From Rhodospirillales bacterium (GTDB lineage: Bacteria; Pseudomonadota; Alphaproteobacteria; Rhodospirillales; UBA2165), in assembly GCA_965207535.1 (NCBI GenBank), contig CBDBMR010000011.1, positions 78,276-142,275 of the forward strand: 64,000 nt of DNA, written 5' to 3'. Below, in pieces: positions 38,014-48,020 of the stretch (the stretch's first letter is position 1; the number at the start of each line of letters is the position of its first letter). The notes beneath the pieces were generated by a model. The model searched no databases. It saw only the letters and a program-made list of their open reading frames with translations, and had not been told where the DNA came from. The position numbers and the translations under genes were made by a program.

Positions 38014-39657
38014 TTACGCCGCAACGCGTGTTTCGGCGGCGGGCAAGGCAGGCTTGCCCAAAATCAAATCCGACGCCTTCTCGGCAATCATCAGGACGGC
38101 GGCATGGATGTTTCCGCTGATCAGGTCCGGCATGGCGGACGCATCGACGACGCGCAGTCCCTGCACACCGCGAACCTTGAGTTCCCCATCCAATACCGAC
38201 GCCTCATCCGCACCCATCCGGCAGGTGCCGCAGGGGTGGTGAACCGTCGTGCAGGCCCTTCGGATATAGGCGTCGAGGCCGCCGTCATCGGTTATGCCGG
38301 CGCCGGGAAGCCGCTCCTCGCCGAGAAACGGGCTGACCTGGGCTTGGGAGAACAATTCCCGCGCCAGCTTGAGCCCCTTCCGGAGGGTGACCATGTCCGT
38401 CGGCTTCTCGAAGAAATTCTGATAGAGCCTCGGCAATTGCCTTGGATCGGAGGACGTCAGCTCGATCCGGCCCCGGCTCTCCGGATGCAACAGCACCGCC
38501 CGGGCGCCCGCACGATCCTCGAATGGCGCCTTGATGCCCGGAAACCAGGGGTGGGCAAAGCGGTTGGTGAAGGTGAACAGGAACTGAATGTCCGGCGCCG
38601 CGAGCGCCGGGTCGGTCCGCAGGAATCCGACGATACCAGTGGGAAAATCGGTCGCCGGACCGACGCCCGACCATCGGGCCCTGGCAACGCTGACGGCCAA
38701 CCGATCCCACCGGGATTGCTTCCGGAATGGTCCCGGTGCAGCCCGGGCATAGTCGACGCCGGCGGAAATATGGTCCTGCAGATTCCGGCCTACCGCCGGG
38801 ACATCGGCGGCCACCGGAATGTCGTGCCGGCGCAGCTGGTCCGCCGGGCCGACGCCGGAGAGCATCAGGATATGCGGCGAATTGAGCGCGCCGCCTGACA
38901 GAATAACCTCCCGGCTAGCCGTCACTCGCCGGTTCTGTCCGCCGCGATGATAGCTGACACCGGCGGCGCGGCCGTTTTCGATCACGATGCGATTGACGTG
39001 GGCCTCGGTCTGGAGCTTGAGGTTGGGCCGGGTCAGAGCCGGCCGCAGGAACGCATCCGCCGCGCTCCAGCGCCGTCCGTGATAGATATTCTGCTGCATG
39101 CGGCTGACGCCCGCATTGTCGCCGCTGTTATAATCATCAAGTCGCGCAAGCCCGATTTCCCCGGCGGCCTCCACGACCGGCTCGATCATTGGATCCCGAT
39201 AGGAACTTCTTCGGATACGCAGCGGGCCCCGGCCGCCCCTGCCGGCGCTCTCCCCGCCCTCCCAGGTTTCGCTGCGATTGAGATAGGGAAGAACGTCGGC
39301 GTACGACCATCCCGTCAGACCGGTCTCAGCCCAGCGGTCATAGTCTGCGGCGTGACCCCGTACATAGGACATGGCGTTTATCGAGGAGCACCCGCCGACG
39401 ACCCGGCCGCGAACGCATTCCAGGACACGATCGTCGGTGTGAGGTTCGGGCTCGGTGTCATAGCCCCAGTCGTGATGCCGTTCGTCGACGAACTTCCTCA
39501 TCCACACCAGCGGCACCTTGATCCACGGGTCGTCGTCCATGCCGCCGGCCTCGAGCACCAGAACCCGAATATCGGGATCCTCGGACAGCCGGTTCGCCAG
39601 CACACAACCCGCCGATCCCGCGCCGATAATGATGTAGTCGAAATCCTGGCCAGCCAA
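38014..39657 (-). CDS. GMC-family FAD-dependent oxidoreductase (choline dehydrogenase-like)
   Basis: FDYIIIGAGSAGCVLANRLSED..., GGCSSINAM, and the C-terminal HPCGTCRMG...DASAMP. Confidence 0.9.
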   Translation of the reverse strand: MAGQDFDYIIIGAGSAGCVLANRLSEDPDIRVLVLEAGGMDDDPWIKVPLVWMRKFVDERHHDWGYDTEPEPHTDDRVLECVRGRVVGGCSSINAMSYVRGHAADYDRWAETGLTGWSYADVLPYLNRSETWEGGESAGRGGRGPLRIRRSSYRDPMIEPVVEAAGEIGLARLDDYNSGDNAGVSRMQQNIYHGRRWSAADAFLRPALTRPNLKLQTEAHVNRIVIENGRAAGVSYHRGGQNRRVTASREVILSGGALNSPHILMLSGVGPADQLRRHDIPVAADVPAVGRNLQDHISAGVDYARAAPGPFRKQSRWDRLAVSVARARWSGVGPATDFPTGIVGFLRTDPALAAPDIQFLFTFTNRFAHPWFPGIKAPFEDRAGARAVLLHPESRGRIELTSSDPRQLPRLYQNFFEKPTDMVTLRKGLKLARELFSQAQVSPFLGEERLPGAGITDDGGLDAYIRRACTTVHHPCGTCRMGADEASVLDGELKVRGVQGLRVVDASAMPDLISGNIHAAVLMIAEKASDLILGKPALPAAETRVAA

Positions 39658-39735
39658 ACGTACGCGCTCCCCTCTGCGGGGATTATGGCAGGCCAGTCTC
39701 TGAGGTAAATCCCCGTAACTCGATGCCGGGGAAAA

Positions 39736-39811
39736 TGGTGGGTGCTATAGGACTCGAACCTATGACCCGCTGCTTAAAAGGCAGCTGCTCTACCACCTGA
39801 GCTAAGCACCC
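39736..39811 (-). tRNA. tRNA-Lys (anticodon UUU)
   Basis: The reverse complement reads GGGTGCTTAGCTCAGGTGGTAGAGCAGCTGCCTTTTAAGCAGCGGGTCATAGGTTCGAGTCCTATAGCACCCACCA. It folds with a 7-bp acceptor stem, a GCTGC/GCAGC anticodon stem, a CUUUUAA loop, a GGTTCGAGTCC T-arm and an encoded CCA. Confidence 0.9.
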
Positions 39812-39872
39812 AACGCCCGGGTTTCTAGGCGTTTTGCCCCTATTGGGCAAGCCCGGAGATCGGGGCCTGCAT

Positions 39873-40268
39873 CTACGATACTTCGGCCAGACGCTGCTGG
39901 ATTTCCTCCAGGTTCGGAACGTCGGTGTAGTCCTCGCTGAGACCGCCGGTCCCGGCCGGGCTCTTGCAGGTAAAGAAGCGGCACGGTCCCTCGAGTATCC
40001 GTATCCCATGGACCACATTGCGCGGAATGTAGACCAAGTCCCCGGGATCGAGCGTATGGACTTCGTCCCCAAGCACATGCGCAAGCCGGCCCTCGAGCAT
40101 GTAGATCCACTGTTCATCGTTCGGATGATAATGCGGCGGCGGGGTCTCACCTTCCTCGTATGTCACGATGCCAACCTTGATGAGTTCGCCGCCAAACTGC
40201 TTCATCATGACCTTCGGATTAACGACGTCGGGCGTCGCCTCCATTTCATCGGCTTTGTAGACCGGCAT
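39873..40268 (-). CDS. Cupin domain protein
   Basis: PPHYHPNDEQWIYMLEG...GDLVYIPRNVVHG are cupin motifs. A GAGGAGA RBS precedes the Met at 40268. Confidence 0.7.
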   Translation of the reverse strand: MPVYKADEMEATPDVVNPKVMMKQFGGELIKVGIVTYEEGETPPPHYHPNDEQWIYMLEGRLAHVLGDEVHTLDPGDLVYIPRNVVHGIRILEGPCRFFTCKSPAGTGGLSEDYTDVPNLEEIQQRLAEVS

Positions 40269-40324
40269 AGCCGTCTCCTCTGCAATCGTTCTGCTTTCAA
40301 CCTCACAGTCATATCGAAGCAAAC

Positions 40325-41260
40325 TCAGTCCGGCTCGACAACACCCCGCTGCTCGGTGATGAGCCCGTAGTGTTCGATCCGCCGGTGCTGTTCGAAGTTC
40401 AGCAGATTGTCCTTCAGGTCACGGGCCAGATCGAGATCGCAATCGGCGCATACGAGTTCCTGCTCCCGGGTCTTGCATTCCGCGACGATTTCACCCGTTG
40501 GCGCAATGATGCACGTCCCGCCGATCAATTCTTCCCCATCCTCGGTGCCCGCCTTGGCGACGCCGACTATCCAACAGCAGTTCTGATAGGCGCCTGCCTG
40601 CATACTCAGATGGTTGTGGAAATCGCTGAGCGGATCTTCCTCATGCGCCCAGTAGGGTTTGGTCGGCGTGTTGTACCCAATGAAGATCATTTCGGCGCCC
40701 TTCAGTGCCAAGACCCGATAGCTCTCGGCCCAACGGCGGTCGTTGCAGATGCATACCCCCATGACGCCATCGAACCCGCGGACCGTCCGGTAGCCCGTAT
40801 CGCCAATATCGAAGTAGCGCTTCTCCAACGCCTGAGCGGGGAATCCCGGATCCGGTTCGAAGCGGCCGGGGAGATGGATTTTCCTGAACTTGTTGATGAT
40901 CCGCCCGTTTTTGTCGGCAAGCACCGACGAATTGAAGCGGCGCTTAACACCGTTCTCCTCCGCCAATTCGGCGTACCCGAGATGGAAGCCGATTTCGAGA
41001 CGCCGAGCCTCGTCGAACAGAGGCTGGGTTGCCCGAGAGGGCATATCCGCCTCGCAAAACCGGTCGAGTTCTTCCTCGTCCTCGATCAGCCACCGGGCGA
41101 AATACGTGGTGAGGGTAAGTTCCGGAAACACGACAATGTCGCATCCCTCGCCGTGCGCCGTTCGCATTTGGCCGAGCAATTTTTCGACCACGCTCTCTTT
41201 CGGCTCGTTGCGCGATATGCCGCCCATTTGAGCGGCGCCAACCCTTACTATTCGGCTCAT
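40325..41260 (-). CDS. N-carbamoyl-amino-acid amidohydrolase (nitrilase/CN-hydrolase superfamily)
   Basis: Catalytic E-K-C pattern: VFPEL..., KIHLPG, GVCICNDRRWAE. It sits next to a hydantoinase gene. Confidence 0.8.
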   Translation of the reverse strand: MSRIVRVGAAQMGGISRNEPKESVVEKLLGQMRTAHGEGCDIVVFPELTLTTYFARWLIEDEEELDRFCEADMPSRATQPLFDEARRLEIGFHLGYAELAEENGVKRRFNSSVLADKNGRIINKFRKIHLPGRFEPDPGFPAQALEKRYFDIGDTGYRTVRGFDGVMGVCICNDRRWAESYRVLALKGAEMIFIGYNTPTKPYWAHEEDPLSDFHNHLSMQAGAYQNCCWIVGVAKAGTEDGEELIGGTCIIAPTGEIVAECKTREQELVCADCDLDLARDLKDNLLNFEQHRRIEHYGLITEQRGVVEPD

Positions 41261-41284
41261 GACGGACTCCCCCCCACCGTCCAG

Positions 41285-42694
41285 CTAGACTTGGCCGGAG
41301 TTGGACCGCGGCAAATATTCACCGCCCCCGGCGCGGCCCAGCCAACGATCGCCATCGACGATCACCTGTCCCCGCAGGAATACCTTTTTGACCCGGCCGG
41401 TCACCTCACGGCCCTCGAAGAGAGAGTAGTCGATCCGGCTGTGGTGCTCCGCGGCCCGGATTGTCCAGCGCTCTTCGGGATCGAACAGGACGATATCGGC
41501 GTCCGACCCCACCGCGATCGTTCCCTTTCGGGGGAACAGCCCGAACAGCTTCGCCGGCGTCGTCGAATTCAACTGTACGAAACGGTTGAGGCCCATACGT
41601 CCGGTGCGGACCCCGCCATCGTAAATCAGCGGCAGCCGGGTTTCGACGCCGGGCGCGCCGTTGGGCATCTGGGCGAAGGATTCCTTGCCGAGGGCCTTGG
41701 AATATTTGAGCCCCCAGCTTTTCTCCTCGAGACAAAACGGGCAGTGGTCGGTCGAAATTATCTGCAAATCGTCCGTCGCAAGACCCCGCCATAGGGCGTC
41801 CTGGTGCTCCTTGGACCGGAGAGGGGGGATCATCGTGTACTTCGCGGCTTCCGCATCCGGGGCATCGTACAGTTCCTCGGTCAGAAACAGGTAGTGGGGA
41901 CAGGTCTCGGCATAGATGGGGGTACCTTCGTCGCGGGCTTCGGCTATATGCCGGACGGCATCCTGCGACGAAACATGCACCACATACATGGGCGCTTCGG
42001 CCAATTTGGCGATCTGGATCGCCCGGTAGGCCGCCTCGCCTTCGGTCGACGCCGGGTGTACCTTCGGATGATTCAGGACCTCGTTTCTGCCCTGCGCCAC
42101 CGCTTCCTTGATCAGCACATCGATAAGCAGGCCGTTCTCGGCATGGACGCAGGACAATCCGCCGTTTTCGCCGGTCATCCGCATGATCCGGTAAAGCTCG
42201 GCATCGTCGATCATCATGATTCCCGGCATGACCATGAACATCTTGAAACTGGTCACCCCGTCGCTTCGAAGCATGGACTTCATGTCGACCAGGGTCTGAT
42301 CGTTGAAGGTGGTGATGATCATGTGCGCGCCGACATCGACGCAGGCCCGGCTCGCTCTCGCCTGCCAATCGTCGAGCCCGGCGATGACACTGCCTCCGTG
42401 GGGCTGCTGGGCAAAATCCACCAAAGTCGTCGTGCCGCCGAACGCAGCCGCCGTCGTCCCGCTCTCGAAGGTGTCGACGGTCATCGCCGGACCGACCTCG
42501 GCTTCCAGGTGCGTGTGCACGTCGACGCCGCCCGGGAGAACCAGGAGGCCGGACGCGTCGTGCACGTCGACATCCTCACCGGCCTCGAAATCCGATCCGA
42601 TGGCATGAACCCTGCCGTTTTCGATCAGGACATCGGCCCGGTAGTCATCGGTCGCGGTAATGACACGCCCGCCCTGGATCAATGTTCTGGTCAT
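41285..42694 (-). CDS. Dihydropyrimidinase / D-hydantoinase
   Basis: LVLPGGVDVHTHLE, a carboxylated-Lys region (SFKMFM), VHAENG and STDHCPF are cyclic amidohydrolase motifs. Confidence 0.85.
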   Translation of the reverse strand: MTRTLIQGGRVITATDDYRADVLIENGRVHAIGSDFEAGEDVDVHDASGLLVLPGGVDVHTHLEAEVGPAMTVDTFESGTTAAAFGGTTTLVDFAQQPHGGSVIAGLDDWQARASRACVDVGAHMIITTFNDQTLVDMKSMLRSDGVTSFKMFMVMPGIMMIDDAELYRIMRMTGENGGLSCVHAENGLLIDVLIKEAVAQGRNEVLNHPKVHPASTEGEAAYRAIQIAKLAEAPMYVVHVSSQDAVRHIAEARDEGTPIYAETCPHYLFLTEELYDAPDAEAAKYTMIPPLRSKEHQDALWRGLATDDLQIISTDHCPFCLEEKSWGLKYSKALGKESFAQMPNGAPGVETRLPLIYDGGVRTGRMGLNRFVQLNSTTPAKLFGLFPRKGTIAVGSDADIVLFDPEERWTIRAAEHHSRIDYSLFEGREVTGRVKKVFLRGQVIVDGDRWLGRAGGGEYLPRSNSGQV

Positions 42695-42726
42695 CCGCCC
42701 CTCCACACTAGCCGGCCACACGAATT

Positions 42727-44124
42727 TCAGGCCGGGATCACCGATTCCTTCTTCAGCATGCCGATGGCCCGCTGGAACGCCTCGGCGGTTTGCCGTAGGT
42801 CCCGATCCTCATGGACAACCGATATCCAGCCGCTGAACCGCGGCGTCACGTCCACACCATTTATGAGCATCGCCAACCGCACCAACCCAACAAGTTCCGG
42901 ATCGTTTCCCGTGAGTTCGGAAGGATCAATCGTAGCCGGATCGAATTCCAACGGCAAAACCTGACGATTGCCGGGATTGGTAAACAGGTTGAACCCGGAG
43001 AACTCGCCGTATACGGACCATGGCACCTTCTCGTCCGTCAGCACCTGGTTCAGCATACGGCGCAGCGCCTCTCCCGAACTATTGGCGCGTTCGCAAACGC
43101 TCGTACCGGCGACGATCTCCAGCGCCGCGATACCGGCCGCGGCACTCAAAGGGTTTCCGTTATGGGTACCGGGATGTCCGACCTTTTCCCGGCCCGCCTT
43201 CTCAGCCGCCTCGAGATCGAGATGGGACAGAATATCCGATCGCCCGGCAACCGCGCCGCCGCCCAGACCGCCGGCCAAAATCTTGCCCAGCGTCGTCAGG
43301 TCCGGCGTCACGCCGAAATGGGCCTGGGCACCGCCTGGAGAGACGCGGAACCCGGTCACCACCTCATCGAAGATCAGCACGATATTGGCACTGCTGGCAA
43401 CGTCGCGGAGGAAGGAAAGGAATGAAGGGTCCAACGGGCCGGCGCCAAAATGGGCACCGGTCGGTTCCAGAATTATCGCGGCAATATCGTCCTCGGCGTC
43501 TATGAGACGGAGGACGGCATCCTCGTCGCCCGGATCGGCAATCAGGGCGGCCGAGGCAGCTTCGGGCGGGACGCCAACCGGAGCCGAAGCATCGAAACGA
43601 GAAACATATCCGGCGACAAACTGATCGTACCAACCGTGGAAATGGCCCTTGAAACGGACAAATTTCGACCGGCCGGAATGGGCGCGCGCGAGCCGCAGCG
43701 CCATCATGGCGGCTTCGGTCCCGGATGCCGTAAAGCGGACTTTTTCAGCGGACGGAATCAGGTCCTTGACCAATTCCGCCCAGCGCAGCTCCTGTTCGTG
43801 GTTACCGCCAAGATGAGTTCCCCGCGCGGCTTGGCGCTGGACGGCGGCAACGATTTCCGGCCGTCCATGACCGAGCAGCAGCGCCCCATGGCCGCCGTGG
43901 TAATCGATGTACTCGTTGTTGTCGACGTCCCATTTTCGGCTCCCCTCGCCGTGTGAGACGTATAGGGGATACGGGTGCTGACGCCGGAGGTCATGCGTGA
44001 TTCCACCCGGCATGGCGCCGACGGCTCGACCGAAAAGCTTCCGCGATTTCGGCGTCCGATTCTTGAACTGCTCTACAATCGACACTGTCCGTCTCTCCGG
44101 ATCGCGGCAACGAATGCCCCTCAC
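42727..44124 (-). CDS. Class-III (GSA-aminomutase-like) PLP-dependent aminotransferase
   Basis: FTASGTEAAMMALRLARA, DEVVTGFR and LGKILAGG (PLP lysine). The exact start is uncertain. Confidence 0.8.
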   Translation of the reverse strand: MRGIRCRDPERRTVSIVEQFKNRTPKSRKLFGRAVGAMPGGITHDLRRQHPYPLYVSHGEGSRKWDVDNNEYIDYHGGHGALLLGHGRPEIVAAVQRQAARGTHLGGNHEQELRWAELVKDLIPSAEKVRFTASGTEAAMMALRLARAHSGRSKFVRFKGHFHGWYDQFVAGYVSRFDASAPVGVPPEAASAALIADPGDEDAVLRLIDAEDDIAAIILEPTGAHFGAGPLDPSFLSFLRDVASSANIVLIFDEVVTGFRVSPGGAQAHFGVTPDLTTLGKILAGGLGGGAVAGRSDILSHLDLEAAEKAGREKVGHPGTHNGNPLSAAAGIAALEIVAGTSVCERANSSGEALRRMLNQVLTDEKVPWSVYGEFSGFNLFTNPGNRQVLPLEFDPATIDPSELTGNDPELVGLVRLAMLINGVDVTPRFSGWISVVHEDRDLRQTAEAFQRAIGMLKKESVIPA

Positions 44125-44171
44125 CGGCCGTACTATAGATGAATCACGGCGCCTGTCGCCCTAGAGCCGAT

Positions 44172-45917
44172 CTAGCGCCGAGGGATCATCGGCAGCAACA
44201 GATAGTTCCGGCGGGCTTCATCGGCGTGCAGCGTGACCTGATTTGCGAATATCTCGGGCGGCCGGTCCCGGGGGTCGTCGTGCAGAAACGGCCCGCAGCC
44301 CGTTAGCTCGTTCTTGAAGTTGCTCAGCCGTTCACCGGCGGTGTCCCCGGCCCATTCATAATCGCATCCGCGCACATTGAGCCGCAGGGTATGGCCCGGC
44401 GGAACGACGATCGACGTCGGCCAAATCTCGATATCCAGTTCCACGACCTCGTCCGGCGCAAGAGGCTGTTTCCCGTCGTGGGTGTGATAAGGGCGATAGG
44501 GTTCACTCAGCACCGGGTCCAGCTTGCGATGGGAGGCCCTGAGCCAGCCCTGGGCGATGGGCGTATGGGGATCGATGGCGCCTTGGAAGACCACTTCGTT
44601 GCCGTCCGGATCGTAAAGGCCGACCACGAGAAAGAGGTCGGCATCTTCGGTCGAGGACGAAACGAAGAGCTTCGACGCCAATGGGCCGGTGATTTCCCTC
44701 GGCGCATCGAACGGCTCGGTCTCGAAGAACAGTCCCGGCGACATGGCCTCGTAGGAAATCTCGGCCGCCCTGCGCGGCGGCTCTCCGGTCAGCTTGCCGT
44801 TTTCAAGATCGAGGTAAAGTTTGGTCCATTCCGTATCGGGGATCGGCCAGTCGGCCTCGCCGCGAGGGACGAACCGCCCGGTCTCGCGGACCAGCAATTG
44901 AACCCGCGGTTCCTCGTCCCATCCGTTCGCTTCGCCCTTAAGGAAATGATCGAAGAACTTCAGCTGAATTTCCCGGCCGTAGTCCGTGTAGAACTCCGTC
45001 CAGTGTTCGATGCCGTGGACTTCCAGCCATTTCCGGTCGCCGGCGGACCTGACATAGCCTTCAAAGTTGCCGCGCGGATGAAGCCCCTGCCCACCCCAAT
45101 TGGCTGAGGAAAGAAGCGGCACATCGATGTTCTCCCAATTGGGAGAGCGCGCCTTGTGGTAATCGTCGTCCAGCGGATGCGCGCAGATTTCATCGCCAAA
45201 GGCACAGCGGTTCCGGGCCAATCGGTCATCGCTCAATGTCTCATCGCCGCATACCAACTCACCGGTCGCCCGGCTCCTGGGTCCGTTCTCGCCCAGACCG
45301 TACTGAACGGTGGTGACCTGCATGTCGTACCAATTGTCCCAAAACGTGCAGAGGATGCCGCCGTGATGGGTCATGTCCCGGTACCAGTCGGCCGCCCCTT
45401 CCCAGACGCACATGGCAGCCAGGTGCGGCGGGTTGAGAGACGCGACATGCCACTGATTGATCCCGTAGTAGGAGATCCCGTTGAGCCCGACCTTGCCGTT
45501 GCTCCACGCCTGTACGCCGGCCCATTCGATACAATCGTAGAAGTCCTTGGTTTCCCGGGGCGAGAAGTGGTCGATGTAGCCGGGCGACCGGCCGCACCCC
45601 CTTGAATCGACCCGTACGCAGGCGTAGCCCTCGGGAACCCACTTCTCCGGATCAACCACTTCCCAGGCTTGGTACAGGTTGGAGGAATTGGCCGGCACGT
45701 CGGGGTGCTCTTCCGCCATCCTTTCCCAGGCGCTCGGATAACCGTCCTGAAACGCCAGGCCCTTGGCATACGGGCCGTAGGAGAGAATGACCGGATTCCG
45801 GCCGCCGCCGGCGGGGCGGAACACATCCGCGCGAACCACCAGCCCGTCATCCATCTCGATCGGGACGTCCCAATCGACGGCCATGCCGTCACGAAGTTCC
45901 GTCTTGTACTCTGACAT
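44172..45917 (-). CDS. CocE/NonD-family (S15 X-Pro dipeptidyl-peptidase-like) hydrolase
   Basis: 581 aa with GYACVRVDSRGCGRSPG and NGISYYG (nucleophile elbow), plus a C-terminal beta-sandwich domain. Confidence 0.8.
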   Translation of the reverse strand: MSEYKTELRDGMAVDWDVPIEMDDGLVVRADVFRPAGGGRNPVILSYGPYAKGLAFQDGYPSAWERMAEEHPDVPANSSNLYQAWEVVDPEKWVPEGYACVRVDSRGCGRSPGYIDHFSPRETKDFYDCIEWAGVQAWSNGKVGLNGISYYGINQWHVASLNPPHLAAMCVWEGAADWYRDMTHHGGILCTFWDNWYDMQVTTVQYGLGENGPRSRATGELVCGDETLSDDRLARNRCAFGDEICAHPLDDDYHKARSPNWENIDVPLLSSANWGGQGLHPRGNFEGYVRSAGDRKWLEVHGIEHWTEFYTDYGREIQLKFFDHFLKGEANGWDEEPRVQLLVRETGRFVPRGEADWPIPDTEWTKLYLDLENGKLTGEPPRRAAEISYEAMSPGLFFETEPFDAPREITGPLASKLFVSSSTEDADLFLVVGLYDPDGNEVVFQGAIDPHTPIAQGWLRASHRKLDPVLSEPYRPYHTHDGKQPLAPDEVVELDIEIWPTSIVVPPGHTLRLNVRGCDYEWAGDTAGERLSNFKNELTGCGPFLHDDPRDRPPEIFANQVTLHADEARRNYLLLPMIPRR

Positions 45918-45944
45918 GGTGGTTCCTTCTTTCCAGCAGGTTCG

Positions 45945-47465
45945 CTAAGCCATTTCGCGCAAGGCCGTCTTCAGGACCTTGCCATAACTGTTCTTCGGCA
46001 GCGTGTCGACAACCCGGTAGGCCTTGGGCCGCTTGAACCTGGCAATTTGTTCCATGCAGAGAGCCTCCAGCTCGGCATCATCCAGCTGCGCGCCGGACCG
46101 GGGGACGACGAAGGCCACGACTTCCTCGCCCCAGTCGGCGTGCGGCCGGCCGATGACCGAACACTCCAGAACGTCGGGGTGGAGCAAAAGCACTTCCTCC
46201 ACCTCCCGCGGATAGATGTTGGATCCGCCGGAGATGATCACATCCTTGGATCGATCCTTCAGGGTGAGATAACCGTCATCGTCGAGAACGCCGAGATCGC
46301 CGGTATGCAGCCAGCCGTCCTTCAGGGCTTGGGCCGTTGCATCGGGGTTCCGCCAGTAGCCCGACATGACGACATCGCCCCGTACCTGAACCTCGCCGAT
46401 GTCCCCCGCCGGCAGGGGATTGTCTCCGGCGTCCGCCACCCTGACCTCGACACCGGTGTGCGCCCGCCCGACAGAGCCGAGACGCTGCAAATAACGCGGA
46501 TGTTCGGCCTCCATGTGCGACGCCCGGTCAAGTACCGTGATGGTCATCGGCGCTTCACCCTGGCCGTAAATCTGAACCAGCTTCGGCCCCAAGGCCGCGA
46601 GCGCCCGCTGACAGTCCTCGGCGTACATCGGCGCACCGCCATAAACGATGGTCTTGAGTCCGGACAGATCGGCGTCCGCCAGCTCCGGCGCGGCCAGAAG
46701 CCGGGTGACCATGGTCGGCGCGAAAAAAAGCGTCGCGCCCCGCCAAGCCGACAGCAGATCGAAGACCTCCGCCGGGTCGAACCCGCCCGAAGGCGGAACG
46801 ACCTGCGCCGCCCCATGGGCGACGTGCGGGACGAGGTAGAGGCCGGACCCATGGGACATGGGGGCCGCATGAATGATGCAGTCGCCGGATGCGACATCAT
46901 CGACGCAGGCGAAATACGAAGCCGTCATCGCCCGCAGATTGCCGTGAGACAGCATGGCCCCTTTCGGCCGGCCGGTGGTGCCCGACGTGTAGAACAACCA
47001 CGCAAGGTCTTCGGCACGCCGATCCGCGAGGGGGGCCGGCCGGGCCTCGCCGAGCATTGCCGACGTCTCGCCGCCGGCGCGAAGGACACGTTCGAGGCCC
47101 GCCGTTTCCCCGCGAACCTCCTCGAGGCCGGCGGCGAGGCCGTCTCCGGCAAAGCAGATTTTTACCCCGGCGTTATCGATTATCCACGCCACCTCTTTGG
47201 GGTGCAGCTTGGCGTTCACCGGTACCGCAACGGCGCCCGCATGCCAGACGGCAAACAGTATTTCGGAATATTCGGGCGCGTTGGCCATGGCGATCGCCAC
47301 CCGGTCCCCGGGCGCGATACCGAAATCCGCCGCCAACGCGCCGGCGATCCGAGCCGAACGCTCGGCATGTTCGGCATAGGTCGCGACGACATCACGTCCC
47401 CGCGCCAGGGCCGGCGCGTCTGGTTGCGCGGTGGCGGAATCCACCAGGAGCCGGGCTAGATTCAT
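45945..47465 (-). CDS. AMP-dependent acyl-CoA synthetase/ligase
   Basis: LFYTSGTTGRPKGAMLSH, TGDLG and SGGSNIYPREVE are adenylate-forming enzyme motifs. Confidence 0.85.
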   Translation of the reverse strand: MNLARLLVDSATAQPDAPALARGRDVVATYAEHAERSARIAGALAADFGIAPGDRVAIAMANAPEYSEILFAVWHAGAVAVPVNAKLHPKEVAWIIDNAGVKICFAGDGLAAGLEEVRGETAGLERVLRAGGETSAMLGEARPAPLADRRAEDLAWLFYTSGTTGRPKGAMLSHGNLRAMTASYFACVDDVASGDCIIHAAPMSHGSGLYLVPHVAHGAAQVVPPSGGFDPAEVFDLLSAWRGATLFFAPTMVTRLLAAPELADADLSGLKTIVYGGAPMYAEDCQRALAALGPKLVQIYGQGEAPMTITVLDRASHMEAEHPRYLQRLGSVGRAHTGVEVRVADAGDNPLPAGDIGEVQVRGDVVMSGYWRNPDATAQALKDGWLHTGDLGVLDDDGYLTLKDRSKDVIISGGSNIYPREVEEVLLLHPDVLECSVIGRPHADWGEEVVAFVVPRSGAQLDDAELEALCMEQIARFKRPKAYRVVDTLPKNSYGKVLKTALREMA

Positions 47466-47480
47466 CGGGCGCGGGCTCTC

Positions 47481-48011
47481 TCAGACGGGTTCGGCGCTCA
47501 CCAGAATGGCAGCCAGAAGGCATGGCTCGTCGGTCCGGACGCTCCACGAATGGTTTGTGCCCCGCTGGACCATCACATCCCCTTGTTTGAGACACACCTC
47601 GCTGTCATCGAGAATCGCCCAGATTTCCCCCTTGAGAACCAGCAGGTAATCGACGGTCGCCGTCTTGTGCATCATCGGATCGTCGCTGGCATCGTCCGTG
47701 GCGTGGTCCGCCCCAATCGATGCGAAGGCATCCTTGGCGTCGGCGCGGTCGCGCCACTGGCTGTCCGGAGGAAACTCCACAACCCGGAAAATGGTGCCGT
47801 TCGCGGGAGGCTCGAGCACCACCGGCCGGTCGGCGGCATCGGCGTTCCCCGCATTGCTCGCCGGCGCGCCGCCGGTTTGCCAGATGTCGGTCAACGCCAG
47901 ACCCGGCATCGACTCCATTTCCTTCACCGCCGTCGCATCACCATCGATGATGAACACCGACTTTCCGTTCTCGTCGTGGCCGGTGATCACCCGTCTGATT
48001 TTCTCAACCAT
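47481..48011 (-). CDS. Cupin domain protein
   Basis: 176 aa with a C-terminal cupin barrel (DYLLVLKGEIWAILDD...GDVMVQRGTNHSW). Confidence 0.65.
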   Translation of the reverse strand: MVEKIRRVITGHDENGKSVFIIDGDATAVKEMESMPGLALTDIWQTGGAPASNAGNADAADRPVVLEPPANGTIFRVVEFPPDSQWRDRADAKDAFASIGADHATDDASDDPMMHKTATVDYLLVLKGEIWAILDDSEVCLKQGDVMVQRGTNHSWSVRTDEPCLLAAILVSAEPV

Positions 48012-48020
48012 AAGCCTTCC